Of a DNA stretch of 32,749 nucleotides, positions 17,948 to 28,890 are shown in pieces. This DNA comes from an uncultured Leptospirales bacterium. Its GTDB lineage: Bacteria; Spirochaetota; UBA4802; UBA5550. The notes beneath the pieces are model-generated. The model had not been told where the DNA came from and did no database searches. It saw nothing but the letters and a program-made list of their open reading frames with translations. Position 1 is the stretch's first letter; each line of letters starts with the position of its first letter. The position numbers and the translations under genes were made by a program. The stretch spans positions 1 to 32,749 of the forward strand of contig CAYTLM010000002.1 of the NCBI GenBank assembly GCA_964438485.1. Reading direction: 5' to 3'.

Positions 17948-17984
17948 AAAAAAGGGAGCAGTCTTTAAAGAGCTCCCTTTTTTA
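17948..17984 (-). terminator. Intrinsic terminator of the atp operon (GGGAGC/GCTCCC stem flanked by A- and T-runs)
   Basis: Stem 17954-17959 / 17972-17977. The minus-strand reading is followed by TTTTTT. It lies directly after atpC. Confidence 0.6.
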
Positions 17985-18006
17985 ATTTTTTAATGCTATA
18001 TAAATT

Positions 18007-18411
18007 TTATTTTTTTGCTACTTTTAGTCTTATTTTAAGTTTATCCTGTTCAACTTTAATAAGAAATCTTTCTCTAAAATCAGGCTTTTCTGTTGCTATA
18101 GTATGATCATATTCTTCAATTTTCTTTTGAAGCTCATCTATATTAAGTTCACTTTGTTTGAAAGCCTTCTCTGCTAAAATAACAAGCCTGTTATTTTTTA
18201 TCTCTACAATTCCGCCTTCAATTACAAAATAATCTACACTTTTAGGGTTTCTTAGCCTTATTTCACCAATACCAAGCATTGAAATAAGTGGAGCATGATC
18301 ATAAAGAAAACCCATTTCACCATTATGAGCCTGTACAACAGCAAAACCTGCTTCGCCCTGATAAATCAGCCTTTCTGGTGTTAATATGGTACAGTCTAAT
18401 AAACGTTCCAT
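18007..18411 (-). CDS. atpC: F1 ATP synthase epsilon subunit
   Basis: Length, position after atpD, and typical epsilon N-terminal beta-sandwich sequence. Confidence 0.9.
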   Translation of the reverse strand: MERLLDCTILTPERLIYQGEAGFAVVQAHNGEMGFLYDHAPLISMLGIGEIRLRNPKSVDYFVIEGGIVEIKNNRLVILAEKAFKQSELNIDELQKKIEEYDHTIATEKPDFRERFLIKVEQDKLKIRLKVAKK

Positions 18412-18413
18412 TT

Positions 18414-19844
<1,431 letters not shown>

Positions 19845-19875
19845 TTAAATTAAGTTAAACCTGTTAACCTTTTAT

Positions 19876-20757
19876 TTACTCAAGAGCAGCTGCTCCGCCT
19901 ACAATTTCAGAAATTTCTGTTGTAATTTTATCCTGTCTTACCCTGTTATAGGTAATATTAAGTTCTCTTATCATCTCTTTTGCAGCATCTGTAGCATTCT
20001 TCATAGCAACACGCCTGGCAAAATGTTCAGAATAGGATGATTCAAGAAAACAGGTTAGTAATCGTACTTTCAAATATAATGGAAGAATATATGAAAATAT
20101 TTTTGCCGGTTCCGGCTCAAAAACATAATCAAGGCTTGCATTAGGAATCTCATCACTATCTATTTCCATATCCGGCGTAATTGGTAAAAGCTTCAATATA
20201 TCCGGTTTTTGGCTAGTATTTGAATGAACCTTGGTATAGGAAACATACACTTCCTGAACTTCTCCGCCAGTGAAATTTTTTGTAAGCTCTTCTCCTAATG
20301 CTGCGGCATCTTCAAAAGAAAAACTATCTTCAAGATTTAACATCTCTTTCTGAACATCCACTTTAATAAACTTGAAGTAAGATGTTGCTTTTTTTCCCAT
20401 TACATATAAAAGTACTTCTTTCCCTTCTGATTCAAGCTGTTCCTTAAACTTCACAGTATTTTCAATTACATGCGTATTATAGCCCCCGCAGAGTCCCCTG
20501 TTACTGGTAATCTGTAAAATAAGAACTCTGGAAGGATTTGGGACACTCCTGAACAAAGGGTGACTTATTGTTGAAAATCCAGCTGCCATTAAATTTGAAA
20601 TAACTCCATTAACCCTTTCTTCAAAAGGTTTGGACTGAGCGAGCCGCTCACTTGTTTTCTTCATCTTAGAGCTCGCAACCATTTCCATAGTTGAAGTTAT
20701 TTTTCTTGTATTTTTAACAGACGCTATCCGTCTTTTAATGTCTCTTTGATTAGCCAC
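19876..20757 (-). CDS. atpG: F1 ATP synthase gamma subunit
   Basis: N-terminal IKRRIASVKNTRKITSTMEMV and C-terminal ITTEISEIVGGAAALE. GTG start with GAGG RBS. Confidence 0.95.
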   Translation of the reverse strand: MANQRDIKRRIASVKNTRKITSTMEMVASSKMKKTSERLAQSKPFEERVNGVISNLMAAGFSTISHPLFRSVPNPSRVLILQITSNRGLCGGYNTHVIENTVKFKEQLESEGKEVLLYVMGKKATSYFKFIKVDVQKEMLNLEDSFSFEDAAALGEELTKNFTGGEVQEVYVSYTKVHSNTSQKPDILKLLPITPDMEIDSDEIPNASLDYVFEPEPAKIFSYILPLYLKVRLLTCFLESSYSEHFARRVAMKNATDAAKEMIRELNITYNRVRQDKITTEISEIVGGAAALE

Positions 20758-20776
20758 AACTCAATCCTCAAATGGT

Positions 20777-22291
20777 TTATTTTATAGTTTCAAGATATGA
20801 TTGTACAAAATCAGCCACAACCTTGTTTAACTGATCAATATCCCGAACCTGTTTTTCCTGGTTTATTTCATCAAGCATATGCTTATGAGATGCATTTATA
20901 TGCTCAAGGAGTTTAACTTCAAAATTCCTTACCTGAGCAACAGGAAGTTTATCCAGATGTCCCTGAGTTCCAGCATATATCATAATAACCTGGTCAGCAA
21001 CATTCATTGGAACATACTGTCCCTGTTTAAGAAGTTCAACAAGTCTCATACCTCTGTCAAGCTGTCTCTGTGTTGCAGCATCAAGCTCTGTACCCATCTG
21101 CGCAAAAGCTTCAAGCTCACGGAACTGGGCAAGGTCAAGCCTTAATGAACCGGCATATTTTTTCATAGCTTTTATCTGAGCTGAACCACCTACTCGTGAT
21201 ACTGAAATACCAACGTCAACAGCAGGCCGCACACCAGATGCAAAAAGGTTTGGAAGAAGATATATCTGACCATCAGTAATAGAGATTACATTAGTAGGGA
21301 TATAGGCTCCAACTTCACCTTCCTGTGTTTCAATAATAGGCAGAGCTGTAAGGCTTCCTGCACCCATTTCATCTGAAAGTTTACACGCTCTTTCAAGAAG
21401 CCTGGAGTGACAATAGAAAATATCACCAGGATAAGCTTCACGTCCTGGAGGTCTTCTAAGAAGAAGAGAAAGCTCACGATAGGCATTAGCCTGTTTTGAA
21501 AGGTCATCATATACGCACAGAGTATGCCCCTGCTTTTCATACATAAAATACTCGGCCATTGCTGTTCCAGCATAAGGCGCAATATACTGAAGAGGTGCCG
21601 GATCTGAAGCATTAGCAACAACTACTATTGTATATTCCATTGCACCGTTTGCTTCAAGTTTTTCAACAACGTCCGCAACAGTTGAACCCTTTTGTCCAAT
21701 AGCAACATAAACACAGATTACATCCTGCCCTTTCTGGTTTATTATTGTATCAACAGCAATAGCTGTTTTACCGGTTTTCCTGTCACCAATAATCAACTCA
21801 CGCTGACCCCGGCCAATGGGAATCATGGAGTCAATAGCTTTTATACCTGTTTGTAAAGGCTCATGCACAGGCTGTCTCTGGGCAATACCTGGAGCCAAAA
21901 ACTCAACAGGCCTTATCTCTGTTGTTGCTATGGGACCCTTGCCATCAAGCGGATCACCAAGAGGGGTTACAACTCTGCCCAGAAGAGCCTCGCCAACTGG
22001 TACAGCAAGGATTCGATCCAGCCTCTTTACAGAATCACCTTCTTTAAGAGTAAGATAATTACCTAAAACTGCAGCACCAATTGTGTCCTCTTCAAGGTTA
22101 AGAACCATTGCCTGAACACCATTTTCAAATTCAAGCATCTCACCTGCCATGGCATTGCCAAGCCCATGTATCTTGGCAATTCCATCACCTATCTGAATTA
22201 CGGTTCCAACCTCGCTGACTTCAAGCTCAGATTTATAGCTTTCAATTTCTCTCTTTATTATCGATTTTATTTCATCTGTTTTAATCTTCAT
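20777..22291 (-). CDS. atpA: F1 ATP synthase alpha subunit
   Basis: Walker A GDRKTGKT. Start set to ATG ([13 protein letters not shown]), which matches the usual alpha N-terminus. Confidence 0.95.
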   Translation of the reverse strand: MKIKTDEIKSIIKREIESYKSELEVSEVGTVIQIGDGIAKIHGLGNAMAGEMLEFENGVQAMVLNLEEDTIGAAVLGNYLTLKEGDSVKRLDRILAVPVGEALLGRVVTPLGDPLDGKGPIATTEIRPVEFLAPGIAQRQPVHEPLQTGIKAIDSMIPIGRGQRELIIGDRKTGKTAIAVDTIINQKGQDVICVYVAIGQKGSTVADVVEKLEANGAMEYTIVVVANASDPAPLQYIAPYAGTAMAEYFMYEKQGHTLCVYDDLSKQANAYRELSLLLRRPPGREAYPGDIFYCHSRLLERACKLSDEMGAGSLTALPIIETQEGEVGAYIPTNVISITDGQIYLLPNLFASGVRPAVDVGISVSRVGGSAQIKAMKKYAGSLRLDLAQFRELEAFAQMGTELDAATQRQLDRGMRLVELLKQGQYVPMNVADQVIMIYAGTQGHLDKLPVAQVRNFEVKLLEHINASHKHMLDEINQEKQVRDIDQLNKVVADFVQSYLETIK

Positions 22292-22853
22292 AAGCCACTT
22301 CACTCCTGACTTTACTATTTAATAGATTGCGTTTTATATTTTTTAATCCCTTGGATAATGAACCATCAATTACAAGGTCACCAATTTTGATGATAATACC
22401 ACCCAGGATCGATTCATCTACTTTCTCAGTTACAATAATTTCTTTATTCAGTTTTTCCCCTATCTGACTTTTAATACTTGCAATCAGTGACTCATCAAGG
22501 GAGGCTTGGGTAATAATTGTAATCCGCTCCCTATTATTATGTTCATCACCTAATTCCACAAAAGCTTCATAAATGCCACTGATTGAGTCCTGACGATCAT
22601 TATCAATCAATAAATTCAATAAATTCAAAGTGTTTTCAGATATATTACCGGCAAAGACTTTATTTATAAAAGATTTCTTGGCTTCAATGGTAATACCAGG
22701 AGCGTATATATAACTTCTAAAGTCAGCTTCCTCAGTAAGAATCTGATTCACTACCCTCAGATCCTCTTCAACCTGGGAAATTATATTTTTTTCTTTTGCT
22801 ATTTCAAATAATGAATTAGCGTAAACTCGAGCCACATCATTTAGTAGTGCCAC
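22281..22853 (-). CDS. atpH: F1 ATP synthase delta (OSCP) subunit
   Basis: Position between atpF and atpA, typical length, and YANSLFEIA start. GTG start. Confidence 0.9.
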   Translation of the reverse strand: MALLNDVARVYANSLFEIAKEKNIISQVEEDLRVVNQILTEEADFRSYIYAPGITIEAKKSFINKVFAGNISENTLNLLNLLIDNDRQDSISGIYEAFVELGDEHNNRERITIITQASLDESLIASIKSQIGEKLNKEIIVTEKVDESILGGIIIKIGDLVIDGSLSKGLKNIKRNLLNSKVRSEVAYED

Positions 22854-22895
22854 TTTACTTACCTTTTTTTCTTTTTTTAAGCCGGACAGTTCAGA

Positions 22896-23417
22896 TTACT
22901 GAACTGTCCCAACTTTATTAAGAGTCTCTTGTACAAGGACTTTTTGATCATCTGGATTAAGGTTTTTGCTTATTATCTTTGCAGCAATTTCTGTTGAAAG
23001 AATAACAATCTCAGCCTTAATTTCTGATAAAGCCTTATCTTTAGCCAGATTTATCTCTTTTTTAACTCTTTCAGATAAATCTTTAGCATCAGCATTAGCC
23101 TTATCAATGATCTCATTCCTGATATTCTCTGCAGCTGATTTTCCATTCGCGATTATTGTCGCAGCCTCATTTCTGGCTTCAGCCATCATTTCCTTATGCT
23201 GATTCAAGAGCTTTTCTGCTTCCAGCCTTGATCTATCAGCACTTTCAATGTCACTACGTACTTTTTCTGCTCTGGCATCTAGTGCCTCAACAACAGGTTT
23301 CCAGGCTGCTTTCCATAGGATCAGCAACAACACTGCAAATGTGATTATTGTCCACAGGAATAAACCCGGACTAACCTTAAGCAAACCTTCCTGTATCGCT
23401 TCCATAACAACTACCAA
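22896..23417 (-). CDS. atpF: Fo ATP synthase b subunit
   Basis: One N-terminal helix followed by a long charged coiled coil. Start uncertain (TTG at 23417 or ATG at 23405). Confidence 0.9.
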   Translation of the reverse strand: MVVVMEAIQEGLLKVSPGLFLWTIITFAVLLLILWKAAWKPVVEALDARAEKVRSDIESADRSRLEAEKLLNQHKEMMAEARNEAATIIANGKSAAENIRNEIIDKANADAKDLSERVKKEINLAKDKALSEIKAEIVILSTEIAAKIISKNLNPDDQKVLVQETLNKVGTVQ

Positions 23418-23455
23418 CTAATAATTATAAATTTACTTCTAATACTTAAAAACTA

Positions 23456-23734
23456 CTACTTCGCTACTTCTGCTACTGGTGCGCTCTGAACTGGAGCCTG
23501 TTTAAGATCCTGTGTTGCAAGCATGAAGATAACAACAAGAGCAAAGAATGTAAAACCTTCAATAAGAGCTGCAGCAATAATCATAGTAGTTCTTAAATCA
23601 CCGCTCACCTCAGGCTGACGTGCCATACCTTCAAGAGCTCCGGCTGCCAGTCTTCCGATTCCAAGGGATGCACCTACAACAATTATCCCTGCTCCAAGAC
23701 CTGCTGCCAAATAAGACATCGCTAAGTATTCCAT
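23456..23734 (-). CDS. atpE: Fo ATP synthase c subunit
   Basis: Hairpin of two helices, loop RQPE, carboxylate in ALIEGF. AGGAGG lies 6 nt upstream of the ATG at 23734. Confidence 0.95.
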   Translation of the reverse strand: MEYLAMSYLAAGLGAGIIVVGASLGIGRLAAGALEGMARQPEVSGDLRTTMIIAAALIEGFTFFALVVIFMLATQDLKQAPVQSAPVAEVAK

Positions 23735-23837
23735 CAATTTCCTCCTGAAAATCTAATGTTTTAATTTTTTTTTCTTAATTTAACCAAACAAGATTAATTA
23801 AGCAATCCTTATTTTTAACCTGTTCAAAAAATCAGGC

Positions 23838-24824
23838 TTAATGAGCATGTACTGCTGAGCCAATATACATAGCTGATAATACTGTAAAAATATAAGCCTG
23901 TATAAAACATACAAGCAACTCAAGCAAATATATAACAAGTGACAATGCCACTGAACCTATACCAACAGAATAGCTTTGAAACATCATAACGAGGTAAAGG
24001 AATATCACTATTACAACGTGCCCTGCTGTCATATTGGCAAATAGTCGTATGGTAAGAGCAAAGGGCTTTATAGCAAGGCCAAGCAATTCAATAGGCCACA
24101 ATAAAAAATACATAAGGAAAGGAACTCCACTTGGGACTATTCCTGAAAATATCCATTGAGGCCCCTGCCTTACTGTACCAACAGCAAACATCCCAAGCAT
24201 TGTACATACAGATAGACCCGCTGTTACACCCAAATTACCTGTAGCAGTTGCCATACCTGGAACCTGACCAAGATAACCCATAAAACCAATAAAGAAGAAA
24301 AGAGTAAGGAAATAAGGCATTGCCTTCTTTGTAAAACCGTGGCCAAGATTCGGCTCAACAATTTCATCGTGAACAAAGCTTATCAAGGCTTCCCATACGT
24401 TTACCCATCTTGACCTGGAGCCAAGTGGAGAATTTTTTATTTTTTTAGCCAGAGGTACAAATACCAGAATACAAAGAAACATTGAAAGCCACATCATTAA
24501 AACAATCTTTGTAATTCTTAAATCAAAAATCCCAAAAAACATAACAGGATCGGACTTGATTACTTCAGCTGGATGGCCATGAAAACACTCCACAACAGAC
24601 TGTGAATGAGGAATCTGAAAACCCAGAAAAGTATTCAGCTTAAAAACAAGATTATAAAACATATCAACCAGCCCGCTGGGCTCAACATGATACAACATCT
24701 CTTGATCAGTAACATGACCTACAACAATTTCATACACAGACTCATCTGGACAAGCCTTTGCACCAGTAGACGATATAAATGAATTAAGAAAGTGAACAAA
24801 ACGAACCATGGAATATAACCTCAT
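23838..24824 (-). CDS. atpB: Fo ATP synthase a subunit
   Basis: LTIRLFANMTAGH with the essential Arg. Start uncertain (ATG at 24824 or 24809). Confidence 0.9.
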   Translation of the reverse strand: MRLYSMVRFVHFLNSFISSTGAKACPDESVYEIVVGHVTDQEMLYHVEPSGLVDMFYNLVFKLNTFLGFQIPHSQSVVECFHGHPAEVIKSDPVMFFGIFDLRITKIVLMMWLSMFLCILVFVPLAKKIKNSPLGSRSRWVNVWEALISFVHDEIVEPNLGHGFTKKAMPYFLTLFFFIGFMGYLGQVPGMATATGNLGVTAGLSVCTMLGMFAVGTVRQGPQWIFSGIVPSGVPFLMYFLLWPIELLGLAIKPFALTIRLFANMTAGHVVIVIFLYLVMMFQSYSVGIGSVALSLVIYLLELLVCFIQAYIFTVLSAMYIGSAVHAH

Positions 24825-25110
24825 TTTATATTTATCCAGATTTCAATGCATGCAAAGGCATGGACTCATCTGAATAGATAAATTCAATTTAATCCTAATG
24901 GATTAACGGGAAAAGGAAATAATACTTTTTTTGAAAATTTTTTATATTTATAATTTTTCACACACACATAAACAAAACAAGCAATTTTTATCTTTTTTTG
25001 TTTAATATAGGAATTAAACAAAGCTATTAATTTTGTAAATCTTTTTTTTAAAAAAAAACAGTTTTTTTGAAAATTTTGCATATTCAGGTGCAATTCAATG
25101 GTATTTTCTG

Positions 25111-25374
25111 TCAATTCCACTTTTTTCGCACCTGCTCACCATTCTTTTTAATCTCCTTTTCTCTTTTAGCCATATTATCAAGTTCCTTGAACAGATGATA
25201 AAAACCCACAACCATTCCAAGAAGAGTTCCTATTGCAACAAACAGAGGTGATTTATCAAAATACAAATCAAGCCTGTAGCCTCCATAAACAAAAATAAAA
25301 ATTATAATAGCCAGCTGCATACCTATGGTAATATTGGCAAAAACAACCTGGGCAGTCCTGTCTTTCTTTTCCAA
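25111..25374 (-). CDS. AtpZ/AtpI-like small membrane protein (ATPase_gene1 family)
   Basis: Two hydrophobic helices, located upstream of the atp operon. TTG start with GAGG RBS. Confidence 0.6.
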   Translation of the reverse strand: MEKKDRTAQVVFANITIGMQLAIIIFIFVYGGYRLDLYFDKSPLFVAIGTLLGMVVGFYHLFKELDNMAKREKEIKKNGEQVRKKWN

Positions 25375-25630
25375 ATCAGCCTCTTTTTAAATAATTATTA
25401 ATACCTGTAAGCTTTATAATACCACTGATGCTTATTTCTTAATATTAACCTAATTTACAAATTTTACAACAAAAATATAATTATTTGATTTATAAAGCTG
25501 AGCAGCTAATGTTTTTTTCCCCCTTGTTCGATAATTTGCATATACTACAAAATCAGAAGCAGCTCAATCATTTTATTGTATCTGATTTTAATTATCAAGG
25601 CATTTACTATAATTAAAAGGAACCATAATA

Positions 25631-25879
25631 ATGAATATTTCTATTAATCTGATAAATACTGGAACTGAATTTATAGCAAACTGCCCTGAACTGGATATAA
25701 ACTGTTATGGCTCCAATAAGGACGAAGCAATGCAGAGAATACAAAAGGTTATTGCTTTTTATATTGAATCAGCAAAAGAACTTGGTCTTGATATTAATCC
25801 GCTAAAAGAAATCTCAATTGATGGTTTTGAAAACGTATACACCTATTTTAACAGCCTTTCTAAAGATACAATAAACTAG
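25631..25879 (+). CDS. HicB-like (UPF0150) antitoxin-fold protein, no adjacent HicA
   Basis: FIANCPELDINCYGSNKDEAMQRIQKVIAFYIE matches the HicB N-terminal pattern. Confidence 0.5.
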   Translation: MNISINLINTGTEFIANCPELDINCYGSNKDEAMQRIQKVIAFYIESAKELGLDINPLKEISIDGFENVYTYFNSLSKDTIN

Positions 25880-25904
25880 GAAAAACTATTGCATCAGCAA
25901 TATC

Positions 25905-26693
25905 TCATAATTTTTGCATATCCATGGATATTTGCGCATAGGCTGAATGGTTATGAATTGATTCCATATTCTCAGATTCAACAGAAAACCAGAGCACACC
26001 CTTTGTTTCCTTGAGCTTTAAAGCTGCATTCCTTACCATATCCTCAACAAAAACAGGGTTTTCGTAAGATTTTTCAGTTATATACTTTTCATCCTCGCGC
26101 TTGAGAAGGGAATAGATATCAGAGCTTGCAGAGGTTTCAGCAATCTCAATAATATCCTCTATCCATATTTTTTCCACAGCTTTTATCTGAACAGTAAAGA
26201 GGGATCTCTGATTGTGCGCACCATACCTGCTTATTTCTTTTGAGCAAGGACAAAGTGAAAGCACAGGAACCTTGACCTCCATCATGTAATAATCCTGATC
26301 TGAATTTGCAACAAGACGACAAGTATACTCCATTTTCCCTTTTTCACCAGATACAGGGGCTGCTTTTGTGATAAAATACGGGAACTCTATTTCAAAGTGT
26401 GCCCTTTCTGCCTCAAGCTGCTCCTTCATTTCATCAAGGATTCCCCTTATCTTTCGGGTATCAATGCCATTTCTGTGCCTGTTGAGGATTTCTACAAATC
26501 TGCTCATATGTGTGCCCCTGAACTGATGGGGAAGATTAACATACATATTTACAACAGCCACAGTGTGCTGGCTTCCATTATCCCTGTCCAGAACAACTAC
26601 AGGATAGCGAATATCCTTAACTCCCACCTTGTTAATAGGAATATTTCTGTGATCCGGCTCGGACTGTATATCTTTTAATTGTGTTTTTGCCAT
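25905..26693 (-). CDS. folE2: GTP cyclohydrolase FolE2 (type IB)
   Basis: NIPINKVGVKDIRYPVVV signature. Start set to MAKTQLKD (26693) because the longer ORF overlaps the end of map. Confidence 0.85.
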   Translation of the reverse strand: MAKTQLKDIQSEPDHRNIPINKVGVKDIRYPVVVLDRDNGSQHTVAVVNMYVNLPHQFRGTHMSRFVEILNRHRNGIDTRKIRGILDEMKEQLEAERAHFEIEFPYFITKAAPVSGEKGKMEYTCRLVANSDQDYYMMEVKVPVLSLCPCSKEISRYGAHNQRSLFTVQIKAVEKIWIEDIIEIAETSASSDIYSLLKREDEKYITEKSYENPVFVEDMVRNAALKLKETKGVLWFSVESENMESIHNHSAYAQISMDMQKL

Positions 26694-26736
26694 TACATTT
26701 CCCGCAATATTAAATATTTCTTTAAAACTAGAGGAT

Positions 26737-27501
26737 TTAATCAAACCCTGATGTAAGGAGAAAAGGGCCATCAGCAGTAACAGCAATAGTGTGCTCAAAC
26801 TGGGCAGAGAGCCCTCCGTCAGCTGTAATAGAGGTCCAGCCATCGTCAAGAACTATAAGCTCTCCCAGTCCCTGGTTCACAATAGGTTCTACTGTCATAA
26901 CCATGCCCTCTTTAAGGGTAAGCCCCTGACCCTTATACCCATAGCTTGGAACAACCGGGGATTCATGAAGGGCAAAGCCCACTCCATGACCAGTAAAGTT
27001 TTTAACAACTGAATATCCAAGACCTGTAACATAGGATTCTATTGCATATCCTATATCTCCAATTTTTTTCCCAGGGTGCATCTGTGAAATACCGCTTAAC
27101 AATGCACCAAATGCCCCTTTAACCAGACTAAGCGCATCCTTGCTGGCTTCCCCTACTACAAAAGTTGAACAGGAATCGGCAAAATAGCCATGCATCACAG
27201 TTCCAGTATCTATTTTTACAATATCGCCTTTTTGTATTCTGCATTTTTTTGAAGGGATTCCATGAGATGCAACATTATTCACAGATATGCAGGAAGCAAA
27301 GCCATAGCCCTTAATGGTTTTAAAGGCAGGCCTTGCCCTGTTTTTTAAAATAAAATCTTCTATATATGAATCAATCTCCCAGGTTGTTAAACCTGCAAGA
27401 TCCATTAAGCCTATCTGTATAAAGATGTCATAAATAATCCTGCCACAATCCCTGATCCTCTTTATATCATCTATGCTTTTTATTCGAACCTCTCCTTTCA
27501 T
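26737..27501 (-). CDS. map: Methionine aminopeptidase type I
   Basis: Pita-bread fold motifs: metal ligands in IVKIDTG, FTGHGVG and EPIV. Confidence 0.92.
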   Translation of the reverse strand: MKGEVRIKSIDDIKRIRDCGRIIYDIFIQIGLMDLAGLTTWEIDSYIEDFILKNRARPAFKTIKGYGFASCISVNNVASHGIPSKKCRIQKGDIVKIDTGTVMHGYFADSCSTFVVGEASKDALSLVKGAFGALLSGISQMHPGKKIGDIGYAIESYVTGLGYSVVKNFTGHGVGFALHESPVVPSYGYKGQGLTLKEGMVMTVEPIVNQGLGELIVLDDGWTSITADGGLSAQFEHTIAVTADGPFLLTSGFD

Positions 27502-27528
27502 GGTTTAAGCATAAAATCCAGACAAAAT

Positions 27529-28608
27529 TTATTTAACTGCTTCTTTTTTTTCAGAAGGAACTTCATTAGCTGTTTTATCCTTTTCAGATGTTTCAGGAGA
27601 ATCTATGAGACCTGCAAAAGCCTTTATTTTAGTCTCCATATCACTCATAATTAAAGGATTTTCACGAAGATATTTTTTTGCATTCTCTTTCCCCTGTCCT
27701 ATTCTTTCTTCACCATGAGAATACCAGGTACCTGCTTTATTTATAAGCTCATACTTCACTGCAAGATCAAGTATGCCCCCTTCTCTGGATATTCCTGAAT
27801 CATACATTATATCAAACTCTGCCTGCTTGAATGGAGGAGCAACCTTGTTTTTCACAACCTTTACCCTTACCCTGTTTCCTACTGCATCATCACCAGCTTT
27901 AAGGGTCTCAATTCTTCGAATATCAAGCCTTACTGATGAATAAAACTTCAGGGCATTTCCGCCAGTTGTTGTTTCAGGTGATCCAAACATCACGCCTATT
28001 TTCATTCTTATCTGATTAATAAATATAACGCATGTATTGGATTTTGCAATAATTCCGGTAAGCTTACGAAGTGCCTGGCTCATAAGCCTTGCCTGGAGAC
28101 CCATGTGGGCATCTCCCATATCTCCATCAATCTCTGCCTTAGGCACAAGAGCTGCTACTGAATCCACTACAATTATATCTATACCATTGGATCGAACAAG
28201 TGCTTCTACTATTTCCAGAGCCTGTTCACCTGTGTCAGGCTGGGAAACAAGAAGATCATCAGTGTTTACTCCCAGCTTTTTTGCATAAACAGGATCAAGG
28301 GCGTGTTCTGCATCAATAAACGCTGCTGTGCCTCCAGCCTTTTGTGCTTCACCAACCATATGCAGGGTGAGTGTGGTTTTGCCAGATGATTCAGGCCCAT
28401 AAATTTCCACTACCCTTCCTCGTGGCACTCCACCAACTCCAAGGGCTATATCCAGTTCAATTGAACCTGTAGAAATAGCAGCAACCTGCGCTTTTGCCGT
28501 ATTATCTCCAAGACGCATGATTGAGCCCTTTCCAAACTGCTTTTCTATTTGCAGCATAGCAGCATCAATGGCCTGATTTTTCATATTTAATTCTTTTTGA
28601 ACTGTCAT
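27529..28608 (-). CDS. recA: Recombinase RecA
   Basis: Walker [10 protein letters not shown] and the conserved L2 region. Start set to the ATG preceded by AGAGGAG (MTVQKEL). Confidence 0.97.
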   Translation of the reverse strand: MTVQKELNMKNQAIDAAMLQIEKQFGKGSIMRLGDNTAKAQVAAISTGSIELDIALGVGGVPRGRVVEIYGPESSGKTTLTLHMVGEAQKAGGTAAFIDAEHALDPVYAKKLGVNTDDLLVSQPDTGEQALEIVEALVRSNGIDIIVVDSVAALVPKAEIDGDMGDAHMGLQARLMSQALRKLTGIIAKSNTCVIFINQIRMKIGVMFGSPETTTGGNALKFYSSVRLDIRRIETLKAGDDAVGNRVRVKVVKNKVAPPFKQAEFDIMYDSGISREGGILDLAVKYELINKAGTWYSHGEERIGQGKENAKKYLRENPLIMSDMETKIKAFAGLIDSPETSEKDKTANEVPSEKKEAVK

Positions 28609-28750
28609 AACTTCTCCTCTGGATTTCATTTATTTAGCTCTGGTGTAAACACACAGCCATATTGTTAATACGTTTTTAACAGCTTTCTGTATGACTTTTT
28701 TTAATAATTTCTGGTTTTTAAAACATTACAAACCTGAACTACATAAACGT

Positions 28751-28778
28751 ATAGTACATAGGTCGGATAATTTGTCAA
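28751..28778 (-). promoter_or_regulatory. Sigma70-like promoter candidate for recA
   Basis: On the minus strand: TTGACA (28778-28773), 16-nt spacer, TACTAT (28756-28751). Confidence 0.4.
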
Positions 28779-28837
28779 ACATTTCACTAAATTTTTGTTT
28801 AGTTTATTTTTTTTTATAATTTTAAAATCTTTTAGTC

Positions 28838-28869
28838 CCTGTTTCCTAAAAACTTCTACAAGAAACAGG
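28838..28869 (-). terminator. Hairpin CCTGTTTC/GAAACAGG just downstream of leuA
   Basis: 8-bp stem with a 16-nt loop. The trailing U-run is poor, so the call is weak. Confidence 0.3.
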
Positions 28870-28890
28870 TGACCCACTCTGCCCTAAAGA

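Noticed and set aside
24884-25120. 78-aa ORF between the atpZ-like gene and atpB, as a possible atpI.
   Set aside because: The protein is lysine-rich and non-hydrophobic, lies in homopolymer-rich AT DNA, has no RBS, and overlaps the atpZ-like stop. It looks like a chance ORF.
25375-25630. Looked for a HicA toxin partner upstream or downstream of the HicB-like ORF.
   Set aside because: No ORF of suitable size or sequence lies on either side, so this was left as an orphan HicB-fold protein rather than called a TA system.
26694-26849. 52-codon N-terminal extension of the folE2 ORF (MTMAGPLLQL...).
   Set aside because: It overlaps the 3' end of map in another frame. FolE2 homology begins at MAKTQLKD, which follows the map stop by 43 nt.
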